The notes: generated by a model not told the origin, from the sequence alone. DNA of 64,000 bases from Nitrospirota bacterium (GCA_963737155.1 CAVTRN010000002.1:168287-232286); one strand, 5' to 3'. Shown: positions 1 to 9,889, counted from the stretch's first letter. Translations and numbers: made by a program.

Positions 1-138
1 GTACTCATACCTTTGTCAATAAGACCATAGTACTGAAAATACATTTCTTCAAAAAAGCCAGAACGTGTGATTAGAAGGACACCAGAGTAGTGTTATATAA
101 TAGGTGGAGGTATCAATAATGAAAGAGTTTGTTGTCTA

Positions 139-594
139 CTATTTGCATTCGACCTCAGTCTGCGATTCCATTATGCACTTGAGGTTCCTGAGGTCGTCTT
201 TCATTTGCATGTCGGTTATGCGCTCAAGAATTTCGTTCTCCAGGAACGAGTCATGCCCAACCGGTGGATTATAGCGGAGTTCTACAGTAGCTTCGGTGGC
301 ATCGCTTCCCTCCTTTTTTTCAAGGCTCAGGGATCCGCTGTTGTTAAAGCGTGAATCCGGCATCGAACGCCACCGTATTATCTCGTTTTCCTTATCCTCG
401 ATAATTTCCGAATCCCAGCTTAGATGTCCCACAGGTGTCTTGATGGTCCAGCGGTTATGCCCTTCCCCCAAGTCTTCTACGGAGTCAAGGTGGGTGATGA
501 AACGTGGAAGATTCTCCAATTTCCGCCAAAACTTGTAGATGTCGTCGGCCTTACGGTTTATGGTGATGTTTTCCTTGACGTGTATTTCCGGCAT
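139..594 (-). CDS. SRPBCC-fold (cyclase/dehydrase-like) protein
   Basis: 151-aa ORF. The motif pattern (ADDIYKFWRKLENLPRF...HLSWDSEIIEDKENEIIRWRS...VELRYNPP) resembles SRPBCC cyclase/dehydrase proteins as I remember them. Confidence 0.65.
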   Translation of the reverse strand: MPEIHVKENITINRKADDIYKFWRKLENLPRFITHLDSVEDLGEGHNRWTIKTPVGHLSWDSEIIEDKENEIIRWRSMPDSRFNNSGSLSLEKKEGSDATEATVELRYNPPVGHDSFLENEILERITDMQMKDDLRNLKCIMESQTEVECK

Positions 595-638
595 AAAGTT
601 CGAGTTCAGACATTTTCCAACCGATTCGCGTCTACACT

Positions 639-884
639 CTAGTGCGCAGGACCCGTCACTGTGTATACTGCAAAGGGTGTTTGATTTGCCACGGGTCCAC
701 TAGAGGACATTGGTCCACTATAGGGCACAACGGGCAATGGCGAGAGTGTGCCCACAATTTGTACTTGCGTAACGGGAGGTTGGGCATGAGCCCTTGTAAT
801 GAAGGGAATATCTCTCATACAAATCCACACAAGGCATCCAGCAATAATCGTCAAAATCAGTTTTGTGTACATATCGGCTTTCAT
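639..884 (-). CDS. small membrane-anchored hypothetical protein
   Basis: 81-aa ORF with an N-terminal hydrophobic helix (LILTIIAGCLVWI) and a Pro/Val-rich tail. An AAGGGGG SD-like motif lies upstream of the ATG. Confidence 0.4.
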   Translation of the reverse strand: MKADMYTKLILTIIAGCLVWICMRDIPFITRAHAQPPVTQVQIVGTLSPLPVVPYSGPMSSSGPVANQTPFAVYTVTGPAH

Positions 885-1220
885 AGAACCCCCTTTTTAA
901 CGTGCACGTAATGTCAAACTGTTAAGCAGAGAAAACAGAGGACATCTTTAATTCAGTGAGCGAATCAGTCACTGCCATTTTCCCCCTGTATGTCTTCCTT
1001 ATTACCAGCGCTTCCGATCGTTCTCTTAATGAGTCAACTGCGAAAGTACAGACTATCTTATTGAGAAATCAGGCGCGGAATTTAACGGGCATTACTCCGC
1101 GCCCGCCTTGCTTTCATAATTGCCTCTCCGGCTTTCATGAAATTTTTGACAGTCTTCCTTGAAATCCCGCATACCGTGTGAGTGGCGGCATGCGTGGGAG
1201 ATACTATACTAAAAAGCATT

Positions 1221-1784
1221 CTACATCGGACTTATCGGTGTAAATTTGGCACCTTGTATAGAGACTCCCGCCATCAAACCCTTCTGATCAAAGACAAACC
1301 CCACAACAGGATGTTGGCTTCTGAGGGTCGCAATGGAAGCATTAGCCCCCACTTTAATAAGTGTCACTTCGGCATCCACGCCTGCCTCCCAGCCGTCAGC
1401 TTCGCGGAATTTTTTCAGTGCTTTGTTGGTCATGAAAATAATGACCACGTCGTACTGCTCGGCGCCGATCTGATAGCCTAGTGAGCCCGATATGAGGTTA
1501 TAGTACCGGACATTTATACCATCGACTTGAAGGGCTCCTTGGCCGTACTGCCCGCCGACGATGAAACCAGCTTTGGTGACGTGTGGCATGACCAGCACGC
1601 CCTTTGCCGCGCGTAGATATGCGGAGCCTCCTCTGATATCGTGGCGGAATCGGGATAGAGTAGCTGTAACGCCTGCGTTAATCTCAGCCTTTGTCAACGC
1701 GCTCGCAACAGTATCAGTGATGAAAAATGCTGCCGTGACCAGGAGCATTGAGACAAGAATTCTTAGCCTCGAATGAATATTCAT
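1221..1784 (-). CDS. secreted SYLF/Ysc84 (DUF500) lipid-binding domain protein
   Basis: Track ORF 1221..1871, started here at ATG 1784 (GGAGG 7 nt upstream). A signal peptide is followed by GFIVGGQYGQGAL...SLGYQIGAEQYDVVIIFM...VGFVFDQKGLMAGVSIQGAKF, a SYLF-type signature. Confidence 0.75.
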   Translation of the reverse strand: MNIHSRLRILVSMLLVTAAFFITDTVASALTKAEINAGVTATLSRFRHDIRGGSAYLRAAKGVLVMPHVTKAGFIVGGQYGQGALQVDGINVRYYNLISGSLGYQIGAEQYDVVIIFMTNKALKKFREADGWEAGVDAEVTLIKVGANASIATLRSQHPVVGFVFDQKGLMAGVSIQGAKFTPISPM

Positions 1785-2104
1785 GATGCTGACCTCCTTT
1801 TCGCAATACCATCTTCCTTCTCGGTTTCCCTGTATGCAGAAGGAAGAGGATACACCCTCTTCTGCTCTCAACAGGTCATAATAATAATATACCTCATATT
1901 TCGTTATAATTGATTGGAGCTAAGGGTTCGTACCAGGTAGCACAGGTAGCACAAAGTATGTAAAGAGATACTAGATTGTGCGAGATTTGCGTTTTGAAAC
2001 AGTATAGGATGAAAGTATCATTACTAGAGTTATAATTGAAAAGTGTGAAAATCTGATAAAGTAATATTTGGATCTTTATTATTATCAGAAGTGGATCCGC
2101 TTAA

Positions 2105-2848
2105 TTAATAGGTCACCACTATCGCAGCGGTTAACATTGTATCGGTTCTCTTCAGTGTTGCAGGGACCGGTTCGTTTGAATAGTTTACAATATAAGAGGT
2201 CTTGAGGGATAATTTGCCATTTAATTTAGATATGAACGCTGTTTCCGAATTAACGAAGTATTTTCGCGAATCATTTAAGTCATCAAGATATTCCAGGGAT
2301 TGGGAGAACTTGTTCGTTTTTGTAAACGCATAGTCGTATTTTACGAAGGCACGTCCAGTGGGATATTCTCTCATTGTTTTATTGGTATATTTATCGGACA
2401 CAGACATGGCGCTGAGTTCACCGATCAGAAAATTGTTCGGCCCATTCAGAAACTTGTATCCTTCACCGGCTCCCTCATACACGTGCTCGTCAACACCGGC
2501 AAATCTATTTTGCTGCCAGCCCGCATTTACAAAGGAATATAACCGCTGTGTGTTCTGATAATCCAGCTTAAGATCCGTGTAATAGCTTTCCGCTGTTTTT
2601 ACGTCATTCGCATCCGCATGCAACGCGCCGGCTTTCCAGGCCCCTAGCCATTGCTCGTTAAATTTGTATTTCGCCTGGTTTTTTACCGCAAGGCTGGTGA
2701 CGTTCGTATTACCACCAGTTTGTACGAACGCAAGATCGCCTTCGTCGCTTAATGCCTTCTTTTCTGCTACTTCCTCTGCAAACGCAATCGACACCATCGC
2801 TATTAGCCCTAGGTATGCCGCTACGATGAAGAACGTGGCTGTTTTCAT
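2105..2848 (-). CDS. DUF481/YdiY-like outer-membrane beta-barrel protein
   Basis: Track ORF 2105..2887, started here at ATG 2848 (AAGGAG-like SD). It has a signal peptide (MKTATFFIVAAYLGLIAMVSIAFA), an alternating beta-strand pattern and a C-terminal aromatic residue. Confidence 0.65.
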   Translation of the reverse strand: MKTATFFIVAAYLGLIAMVSIAFAEEVAEKKALSDEGDLAFVQTGGNTNVTSLAVKNQAKYKFNEQWLGAWKAGALHADANDVKTAESYYTDLKLDYQNTQRLYSFVNAGWQQNRFAGVDEHVYEGAGEGYKFLNGPNNFLIGELSAMSVSDKYTNKTMREYPTGRAFVKYDYAFTKTNKFSQSLEYLDDLNDSRKYFVNSETAFISKLNGKLSLKTSYIVNYSNEPVPATLKRTDTMLTAAIVVTY

Positions 2849-3264
2849 AACTGCTCCTTCCCTTGTGACCCCACTCTCGTTTAACAATGGAGACTGTTTA
2901 CAGAATACTTATGTATTCTTGGCGCCATGTAGTTCGCTGCCAACTATGCTGATGTCACATATTTATGATGTGTCTTTACATGGCCCAAAGTTAGGAGGTT
3001 ACCTACTTCAGGTCCGTATGTTCAAGTCTCAGGTGGTTTAAATATACGCGTTGGTTGACATAGGCCTGATAGCTGCTTTGGTCGAAGATGTATGGATCGC
3101 TGAAAAGGTACTCGACAGAAACGGCAATGTTGAGTTTTGAACTTGGCGAAAGAGAATAGACATAATGGTTGACAGTTGAAAAAGTGACCTGCCCCTTGTC
3201 ACCGTGGGTTATACTTGGATGCAATGGGTGTCCAAATACAGAGCCACAAACAAGGAGGCAGGTC

Positions 3265-4377
3265 ATGAAAGATTCTATCACAATCGTAGGACTCGATTCA
3301 GCAAAAAACTCCATAGCTGTAGCAACGGCCGAAATTGGCGGCAGCCAAGAGGTTCGCTACTACGGCAAAATCGGCGGCGACATGGCGTCATTGGACAAAA
3401 TGGTCAGAAAGCTTGAAAGCAAAGGCTCAGAACTGCACTTCGTCTATGAAGCCGGGCCGTGTGGTTACGAAATATACCGCCATCTAACCAAGAGAGGTTA
3501 CAAATGCACGGTTGTGGCACCATCGCTGATTCCCAAGAAAAGCGGAGATCGCGTCAAGACCGATCGTCGTGACGCGCAAAGTCTAGCCAGGCTGTATCGG
3601 GCCGGAGAACTGACTCCTGTTTACGTGCCCCAAGAGGATGATGAAGCCATGAGAGACCTGACCCGATGCCGCGAAGACGCAGTCAAGGCCCATCGCACTG
3701 CCCGGCAGAGGTTAGGCGCGATGCTCCTGCGGCATGGACACCGTTACTCTGGAGAAACCGCATGGACCCAAGCCCACATGCGCTGGTTGTCTGATATCAA
3801 GATGCCACACCCTGCACAGCAGATCACGCTGCAAGAGTACATCAACACGGTGAAGGAATGCGCAGAGCGTGTGGCCCGGCTTACGGAGCAGATTCAAACG
3901 CTTATGCCCACATGCCGAACGGCCCCTGTTGCACTCGCAATCCAATCGTTACGCGGCATCGCGGATGTAACTGCCGCGACCACCATGGCCGAGATCGGAG
4001 ACTTGGGACGTTTTGAAAATCCCAAGCAGCTCATGGGATACCTTGGATTGGTCCCTTCCGAATACTCCAGCGGCGACAGCACCAGACGGGGTGCTATCAC
4101 CAAAACCGGAAACACCCACGTCAGGCGCGCATTGATTGAAGCGGCCCAAGCCTACAGTCTGCCGGCCCGAGTGAGCCGGGTAATCCTCAAGCGGCAGGAG
4201 GGGCTGCCGAAAAATATCTGTGATATCTCCTGGAAAGCCCAGGTGCGTCTCTGCGGACGGTTCCGTAAACTCACGGCCAAAGGGAAGCCCAGGAACAAGG
4301 TGGTAACCGCCATTGCCAGGGAACTATGCGGCTTCATATGGGCAATTGCCCGGGAAGTGAATCTCCAGAGCGCATAA
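3265..4377 (+). CDS. IS110 family transposase (DEDD recombinase)
   Basis: ATG 3265 has AGGAGG upstream. The N-terminal IVGLDSAK... (RuvC-like DEDD) and C-terminal GIADVTAATTMAEIGDLGRFENPKQLMGYLGLVPSEYSSGDSTRRGAITKTGNTHVRRALIEAA (Transposase_20-like) are family hallmarks. Confidence 0.9.
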   Translation: MKDSITIVGLDSAKNSIAVATAEIGGSQEVRYYGKIGGDMASLDKMVRKLESKGSELHFVYEAGPCGYEIYRHLTKRGYKCTVVAPSLIPKKSGDRVKTDRRDAQSLARLYRAGELTPVYVPQEDDEAMRDLTRCREDAVKAHRTARQRLGAMLLRHGHRYSGETAWTQAHMRWLSDIKMPHPAQQITLQEYINTVKECAERVARLTEQIQTLMPTCRTAPVALAIQSLRGIADVTAATTMAEIGDLGRFENPKQLMGYLGLVPSEYSSGDSTRRGAITKTGNTHVRRALIEAAQAYSLPARVSRVILKRQEGLPKNICDISWKAQVRLCGRFRKLTAKGKPRNKVVTAIARELCGFIWAIAREVNLQSA

Positions 4378-4888
4378 GAAGATTAACCCAAGAACAAGGT
4401 GTCACACAAAACTTGAGGGGGTATCTTGGCATGGACTGTCTCTGGAAAATCAATCCTGGGGCATTTATGAAAGAAAAAATCAACCCTCAAAGGTAAAAAC
4501 CGCTCAAATCGTCAACATAGGCGGAAGCATCGAGCTTTCCAAAGAACAGGATCAAAAACTTGAAGTCACCCGGTAACAATGGCGACTCAAACGACTGAGG
4601 CAAAACAAAGGAGGACGCAAGCAAACAATAAACAACCTCCAAGGCATAAGCGGGGACGCGGCCACGTTTACGGAGAATCCTCGTCCAAACTATGGAATAA
4701 GGCAATGCCGAACTTCCGTTAATAGAGCGAGGCAGCTCCGCGGCGAAGAAAGGTCTTGCGGTCAAACCCGCGAATATCAGAGTGATCAAACGTCGCACAA
4801 GTCGGCCCCGTCCCTCCTTACGCCTTGGAACATATTGAAACAACGAACCCTTTGAAAAAAAGGGGCAGGAGACTATTTTCCCTATTGA
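4378..4888 (+). ncRNA. candidate bridge/seek RNA region of the IS1111-like element
   Basis: There is no credible ORF here, only an RBS-less antisense ORF at 4487..4891. Stem candidates are TTGAGGG 4413-4419 / CCCTCAA 4484-4490 and CCCTTT 4848-4853 / AAAGGG 4859-4864. The position downstream of the recombinase matches the IS1111 subgroup. Confidence 0.3.
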
Positions 4889-5188
4889 CAACTGTCAACC
4901 ATATCAGTTTAGCGACTCAACGAGTGAGTAGACGCCATCCTCAAGTTAGCTATTATCCGCGTTCCCGTACTCAGTGACTCAAGCAGAACCTTGCATCGTC
5001 AGTCCTGGCGTCTTTTTACATAAAGATGCGATATAACTTTCCGGTCATTCTCGCGACTTTCACAGGGTCGGAAGTATATTTTAACCACGTGTCGAACTCT
5101 AGATGAGTGCTGATGCGTGATTCCCGCATTTCAGTATGGCTGGCTGGTATGCTCTTTGGTTAGCCCTGTCATGTCAAAGTCGAACAGG

Positions 5189-8100
5189 CTATTTCGTGAA
5201 GCTCGCCACAACCGTGCAGTTCGCCGTGATCGCGTCCGTAGTATATTTTTTTCCGGACAGCGCGCCGCCGCAGGTACCACCCACCGAGGCGGTGTATCCT
5301 GAGGCCGGCGTTACGGTGAATACCGTCGTCTTGTTGTAGTCGACCGTCTGGGCGGTTGACGGGCTGATGGTCCCATTACTGCCGCTGACAGACGGCGTCA
5401 CGGTAAGAGTCTTGATCGAGAAGCTCGCCACAACCGTGCAGTTCGCCGTGATCGCGTTCGTCGTATACGTGTTGCCGTTCAGCGTGCCGCCGCAGGTGCC
5501 GCCCACCGAGGCGGAGTATCCCGTGGCCGGCGTTACGGTGAATGTTGTTGCTAAATCGTAGCTGACCGTCTGGGCGGTCGACGGGCTGATGGTCCCATTA
5601 CTGCCGCTGACCGACGGCGTTACGGTATACGTCTTGATCGAGAAGCTCGCGCTGATCGTGTGGTTCGTTATGACATCCGTGAATGTGTAGGAAGTCACCG
5701 CACCGGCCGAAACGCCATCAACCAGCACGCCGGCAACAGAGTACCCCGTAGCCGGGGTGATCGTGAAATTCTGGCTTGCACCATAATTCACCGCCACGGA
5801 GCCCGATGGACTGATGGACCCGCTTCCGCTGGAAACCGTCGCCGTTATGGTGTTGGTGTTGATCGAGAAGCTCGCCACAACCGTGCAGTTCGCCGTGATT
5901 GCGTTCGTCGTGTATGTGGTGCCGTTAAGCGTGCCGCCGCAGGTGCCGCCCACCGTGCCGGTGTATCCCGTGGCCGGCGTTACGGTAAATGCCGTCGTCG
6001 TGTTATAGCTAACCGTCTGGGCGGCCGACGGGCTGATGGTCCCATTACTGCCGCTGACCGACGGAGTCACGGTAAACGTTTTGATCGAGAAGCTTGCGCT
6101 TATCGTGTGATTCGCTATAACATCCGTGAACGTGTAGGAGGTCACCGCGCCAGCCGAAACGCCATCCACCAGCACGCCGGCAACAGAGTACCCCGTAGCC
6201 GGGGTGATCGTGAATGTCTGGCTTGCACCATAATTCACCGACACGGAGCCCGATGGGCTGATGGACCCGCTTCCGCTGGAAACCGTCGCCGTTATGGTGT
6301 TGCCGTTGATCGAGAAGCTCGCCACAACCGTGCAGTTCGCCGTGATCGCGTTCGTCGTGTACGTGGTGCCGTTCAGCGTGCCGCCGCAGGTTCCACCCAC
6401 GGAGGCGGTGTATCCCGTGGCCGGAGTTACAGTGAATGCCGTCGTCGCATTGTAGGTAACCGTCTGGGCGGTCGACGGGCTGATGGTCCCATTACTGCCG
6501 GTGACCGACGACGTCACCGTAAACGCGTCAATCGAGAAACTTACCGATATGGTGTGGCTCGTTGTTACATTATTGAACGCATAGGAGGTCACCGCACCAA
6601 CCGAAACGCCATCCACCAGCACGCCGGCAACAGAGTACCCCGTAGCCGGGGTGAACGTGAAGGTCTGGCTTGCACCATAATTCACCGTCATGGAGCCCGA
6701 TGGGCTGATGGAACCGCTCCCGCTGGATACCGTCGCCGTTATGGTGTTGGTGATGATTGAGAAGCTGGCGCTGATCGTATGGTTCGCCGTTACGTTCGTG
6801 AACGCGTAGGAGCTCACCGCGCCGACCGAAACGCCGTCTACCAGCACGTCCGCAATTTGATAGCCGGCATTCGGCGTGATACTGAACGTCTGGGTCGCAC
6901 CCGAGACCAGCATCACCGCTCCGGACGGCGTGATACTGCCGTTCCCCCCCGCTGTCGATGCCGTGATGATGAACGTAGCAATGGCCTCGGTAGTAAAGGA
7001 CCAGGCATACCCCCCGGACGTATTGCTGACAAGCGGGTTTCCCGCAAGGTTGGTGGCATGCGAGGTAATTTCGGCAACGTAGTTTGTACTGTATGCCAGG
7101 GGCTGCGTAGGCGTAAATACAAGCGTGGCGCCGCTGGAAGTGACCCACCCGGGGATGCTTGTTCCATTCCCGTCGACAAGCGTAAAGGTAGTGGTCGGCG
7201 TGATCGAGCTCGTAAGCACGGCTTCACTGCAGAGCGCGACCACGTCGTTGTAGATTGGCACATTGACCGCAGAGCTGGTCGGGAACGTGGAAAGGACGGC
7301 AGGCGGGACGCTGTCCGAGGCCTCTGGTTCTGTAGTAAAGCTCCAGGTATATTCGGACGACAACGAATTCAGGGACAGATCGCTGACCGCTTCGGGGATG
7401 CTGACCGTATAGAGGGTCGACGGTGCAAGGGACGTGCTTGGCATGAAAATGACCGTATTGTCGACATACATGATCGTGCCGGGAATCCCGGTCGTGCCGT
7501 TACTGACGATGATCGACGAAGGCGTGAGGCCCGTCAGGAGCATCGGTTCGCTGAAGGTAACACTGATCGGCGTGTTCACATCGGCCGCCGAGGCGGTGGT
7601 GGACGGGATGGTGAGCGCCGACATGACCATGGGAGCTGCAATGTCAGGTCCTGCTCCGGTCACAAAACTCGCTACGAAGGCGTCTATCATGGGAGTGCCC
7701 GACACGGTTTGCACCCCGGTTGTGACGTTGACGATGTAGATAGAATTGGGAGGAAGGGGACTCAGGGGTTCGAACGTGGCCGAGGCCGTCGCCGCATTAT
7801 AGTAAACATTGCCCGGAACGTTTCCAGTCGGCGTACTGAGTATTATCGTGTCCGAGGAAACCGTAGACGGGTCGACAGGCTGACTGAACATGATTGAAAT
7901 AGCGGTCGTCGTGCTGACATTTTGTGACCGGTCTTCGGGCTGGACATCGATGACCCTGAGCGGCATGGTCACCCCGGTAATGAAAGAGCTGGTGAATGCC
8001 GCGGACATGGCGATTCCGGTCGTGTCCATGACGGTATTGGCGACTGTAACCGTGTAGAGGGTACTCGGATTCAATACGACTGATGGCAAAAGAACGGCGG

Positions 8101-8398
8101 TATACTTGCCGTTCGCGTTGCTGTAGGTAACCGATGAGGGAACCGAACTCTGCTCGCCGTTATAGCAAAGCGTAATCGTTTTGTTATTGATGGTCGAAGC
8201 ATCCATTTCGTTGCTGAATGTTATCACGATACCGTTGTTTATAGTTACGGAGACATTCAGCGCCCCATCGGCGGGTGTGATGGAGGTCACGGTGGGCGGC
8301 GTTATAGGGGCCGCCGGAAGCGGCCCCTTCTGGCCGCACGTCGAAAGCAGCATGACTGCTGCCTGCAGCACCATAAGTATAATAAATCGGTTCCTCAT
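5189..8398 (-). CDS. giant surface lipoprotein with SbsA/Big_5-like Ig domains and eight InlB-B-repeat-like modules
   Basis: 1069-aa ORF with a lipoprotein signal (MRNRFIILMVLQAAVMLLSTC). The N-terminal half has Ig-like units (ITPADGALNVSV..., VQPEDRSQNVS...). The C-terminal half alternates two ~75-aa module types (ITATVSSGSGSISPSG...GYSVAGVLVDGVS and TVTPSVSGSNGTISPS...GGTCGGTLNG...NCTVVASFS). Confidence 0.85.
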   Translation of the reverse strand: MRNRFIILMVLQAAVMLLSTCGQKGPLPAAPITPPTVTSITPADGALNVSVTINNGIVITFSNEMDASTINNKTITLCYNGEQSSVPSSVTYSNANGKYTAVLLPSVVLNPSTLYTVTVANTVMDTTGIAMSAAFTSSFITGVTMPLRVIDVQPEDRSQNVSTTTAISIMFSQPVDPSTVSSDTIILSTPTGNVPGNVYYNAATASATFEPLSPLPPNSIYIVNVTTGVQTVSGTPMIDAFVASFVTGAGPDIAAPMVMSALTIPSTTASAADVNTPISVTFSEPMLLTGLTPSSIIVSNGTTGIPGTIMYVDNTVIFMPSTSLAPSTLYTVSIPEAVSDLSLNSLSSEYTWSFTTEPEASDSVPPAVLSTFPTSSAVNVPIYNDVVALCSEAVLTSSITPTTTFTLVDGNGTSIPGWVTSSGATLVFTPTQPLAYSTNYVAEITSHATNLAGNPLVSNTSGGYAWSFTTEAIATFIITASTAGGNGSITPSGAVMLVSGATQTFSITPNAGYQIADVLVDGVSVGAVSSYAFTNVTANHTISASFSIITNTITATVSSGSGSISPSGSMTVNYGASQTFTFTPATGYSVAGVLVDGVSVGAVTSYAFNNVTTSHTISVSFSIDAFTVTSSVTGSNGTISPSTAQTVTYNATTAFTVTPATGYTASVGGTCGGTLNGTTYTTNAITANCTVVASFSINGNTITATVSSGSGSISPSGSVSVNYGASQTFTITPATGYSVAGVLVDGVSAGAVTSYTFTDVIANHTISASFSIKTFTVTPSVSGSNGTISPSAAQTVSYNTTTAFTVTPATGYTGTVGGTCGGTLNGTTYTTNAITANCTVVASFSINTNTITATVSSGSGSISPSGSVAVNYGASQNFTITPATGYSVAGVLVDGVSAGAVTSYTFTDVITNHTISASFSIKTYTVTPSVSGSNGTISPSTAQTVSYDLATTFTVTPATGYSASVGGTCGGTLNGNTYTTNAITANCTVVASFSIKTLTVTPSVSGSNGTISPSTAQTVDYNKTTVFTVTPASGYTASVGGTCGGALSGKKYTTDAITANCTVVASFTK
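5192..6980. repeat. coding tandem repeat, 447-bp unit (two ~75-aa modules) plus a 222-bp half unit
   Basis: Shadow ORFs recur at 5367, 5814 and 6261 (447-bp spacing). The KLATTVQFAVIA shadow motif sits at 5199, 5421, 5868 and 6315. Units are near-identical at DNA level. Confidence 0.8.
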
Positions 8399-9064
8399 AC
8401 CCCTCGTTGATCTACACTCACATCACATGCAGGGAGTGGCTTTCTTGCTGTCAATCCGGCAGCGGACGCTCCCGGAAAGATTAAAACGCTATACTCACTT
8501 GCCCTGTGGCTTTGTTGTTCCAATAATTGTAGTTGTACTCGCCCGAAACAAATGCATATGCATTCGTATAATTGTATTCCCTTCTTATTAAGACACATGG
8601 GTATAGGATTATAGGATTTCGGAAGAAAACGGTGAAGGACAGACTGACATAAGCAGGTGGTCGTCTGGACCACAGACTACGTGCTGAGATACGTCAGTTC
8701 ACCTAGTTCATCCACGGGCATCGATGTGATCATATGCCAACATCTATACCACATGTTGACGAAATACGAATAACCATATAACAATTAAACCCAAATTCTG
8801 CGCCACTTGACAAAACATGGTGGCTCAGACAGGCAGATGGAGGATCGGTACCGATCGGAACCATGGATAGAATCAGGGAAAGAGCAAATGTGCGTTTCAT
8901 AATTGTTCCTCTAATAAAATATAGATTTTTCTCTCAGATCATGATGACCTTTCGCGAGGACTATCATACTTAAAATCGGAAAGCTTCGCTTTATCTTTTA
9001 CGCCCATCGTTATTATCAGCTATAAATACTGCTGAACAGGCTCCTTAATTCTGATAAAAACTCT

Positions 9065-9316
9065 TCAGACAACATTCTTGATCGAATTCTCGTTATTCTT
9101 GATGTAAACAGTACCGTTTAATTTATTTATAAGGTGTGCCCGTTTATGTGTTAAATGCCCGACTTCACCTGCTTGTGCATGATGCTGTATGTGAGGACAA
9201 CTATCATGTCGGGAGGTTTTGCAGTACTCTTCAAGCTCGAGCAAACTTGGCATATAAACGAATCCGTTCACTCCACAGGATAAAATACGAGATCCCCACA
9301 ACTCAGGGCATTTCAT
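9065..9316 (-). CDS. Cys/His-rich small hypothetical protein
   Basis: 83-aa ORF with AAGGAG 5 nt upstream of the ATG. Cys/His pattern is C-x10-C ... YC-x7-CPH. Family not recognised. Confidence 0.5.
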   Translation of the reverse strand: MKCPELWGSRILSCGVNGFVYMPSLLELEEYCKTSRHDSCPHIQHHAQAGEVGHLTHKRAHLINKLNGTVYIKNNENSIKNVV

Positions 9317-9374
9317 GATTTGCTCCTTTCGCGCTTCTCGATATCAAAAAGCGAAAAAAGATATACAGGAGTGA

Positions 9375-9698
9375 TTACCTCACATTTATTACAGAGTTGT
9401 TCGTTCCAAAGGGGTTATTGGTTGATTCGGCGTTTGCTGTATCCTGTATCCACGATCCATCAACAAAAAACTTATACTCGCATCTTCCCAGGGGGAGTTT
9501 CAACTTGATTTTCCATATTCCATCTTTCCCTTTTATCATGGGAGTAGACTGGGTGTTCCAATTATTGAATGATCCTGCAATGTGGACCTTTGTTGCATTA
9601 GGAGATGTAAATGATAATTCAAATTCCCGCACGCTGTCAGGGCGTAAATTGCTGATAGACTTATTTAACTGCTTTCCTGTGTCCCTCATATTGGCCAT
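9375..9698 (-). CDS. stand-alone CBM48/AMPK-beta glycogen-binding domain protein
   Basis: 107-aa ORF with a GAGGAGG SD. FELSFTSPNATKVHIAGSFNNWNTQSTPMIKGKDGIWKIKLKLPLGRCEYKFFVDGSW is the classic early-set CBM48 pattern. Confidence 0.75.
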   Translation of the reverse strand: MANMRDTGKQLNKSISNLRPDSVREFELSFTSPNATKVHIAGSFNNWNTQSTPMIKGKDGIWKIKLKLPLGRCEYKFFVDGSWIQDTANAESTNNPFGTNNSVINVR

Positions 9699-9889
9699 TG
9701 CTGTTGCCTCCTCTTTGTAGTTTTTGTTAATGTCTCATAAATATAGTAGCTTCATGTGGAGCTCTTTATTAACCATATCATATTAATAGAACCTCGGCAT
9801 GATTTATCCATTTTGTTGTAAAAAAAGTATAAGCATTTATTATTTATTGCATATGTGCACCTTGATGCATTTATAAGGCAATTATTGCT

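Larger units (their letters stand above)
3165..4902 (+). mobile_element. IS110-family insertion sequence (IS1111-like architecture)
   Basis: A perfect 14-bp inverted repeat, ATGGTTGACAGTTG (3165-3178) / CAACTGTCAACCAT (4889-4902), brackets the transposase gene with 100 nt of 5' and about 525 nt of 3' non-coding DNA. Confidence 0.75.

Noticed and set aside
1080-1190. Minus-strand HTH-like remnant (…HTVCGISRKTVKNFMKAGE…)
   Set aside because: It is about 30 residues only, with no start and no context. It is possibly another IS relic but not supportable.
4487-4891. 134-aa minus-strand ORF in the 3' part of the IS110 element
   Set aside because: No SD, odd composition, and it spans the region expected to be non-coding RNA in IS1111-type elements.
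3131-4937. About 33-nt similarity between the DNA just left of the IS110 left IR and just right of the right IR
   Set aside because: Only about two-thirds identity with gaps. It could be chance or a repeated target, so it is kept as a side note in the IS110 finding.
5192-6980. Possible CRISPR array (regular repeats), also considered for 37330-39850
   Set aside because: Repeat units are 270-447 bp, contiguous, protein-coding and without unique spacers. No cas genes are present in the window.
5660-7897. Long plus-strand ORFs (366 and 372 aa) and many 60-100-aa ORFs opposite the 5189..8398 gene
   Set aside because: They are Arg/Gly-rich and low-complexity, with no RBS. They repeat with the same 447-bp period as the real gene, so they are antisense shadows of a GC-rich repetitive CDS.
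8399-8700. GEMM-I-like start (CACAGGGCAA) in the leader of the 5189..8398 lipoprotein gene
   Set aside because: The 10-nt match is not followed by a GNRA hairpin or an ACGCAAAGC junction. It is probably fortuitous.
8730-8900. 56-aa minus-strand ORF with a GAGGAA SD and a signal-like N-terminus (MKRTFALSLILSMVPIG...)
   Set aside because: It is plausible but too short and unsupported. The Cys-containing tail has no recognisable pattern.
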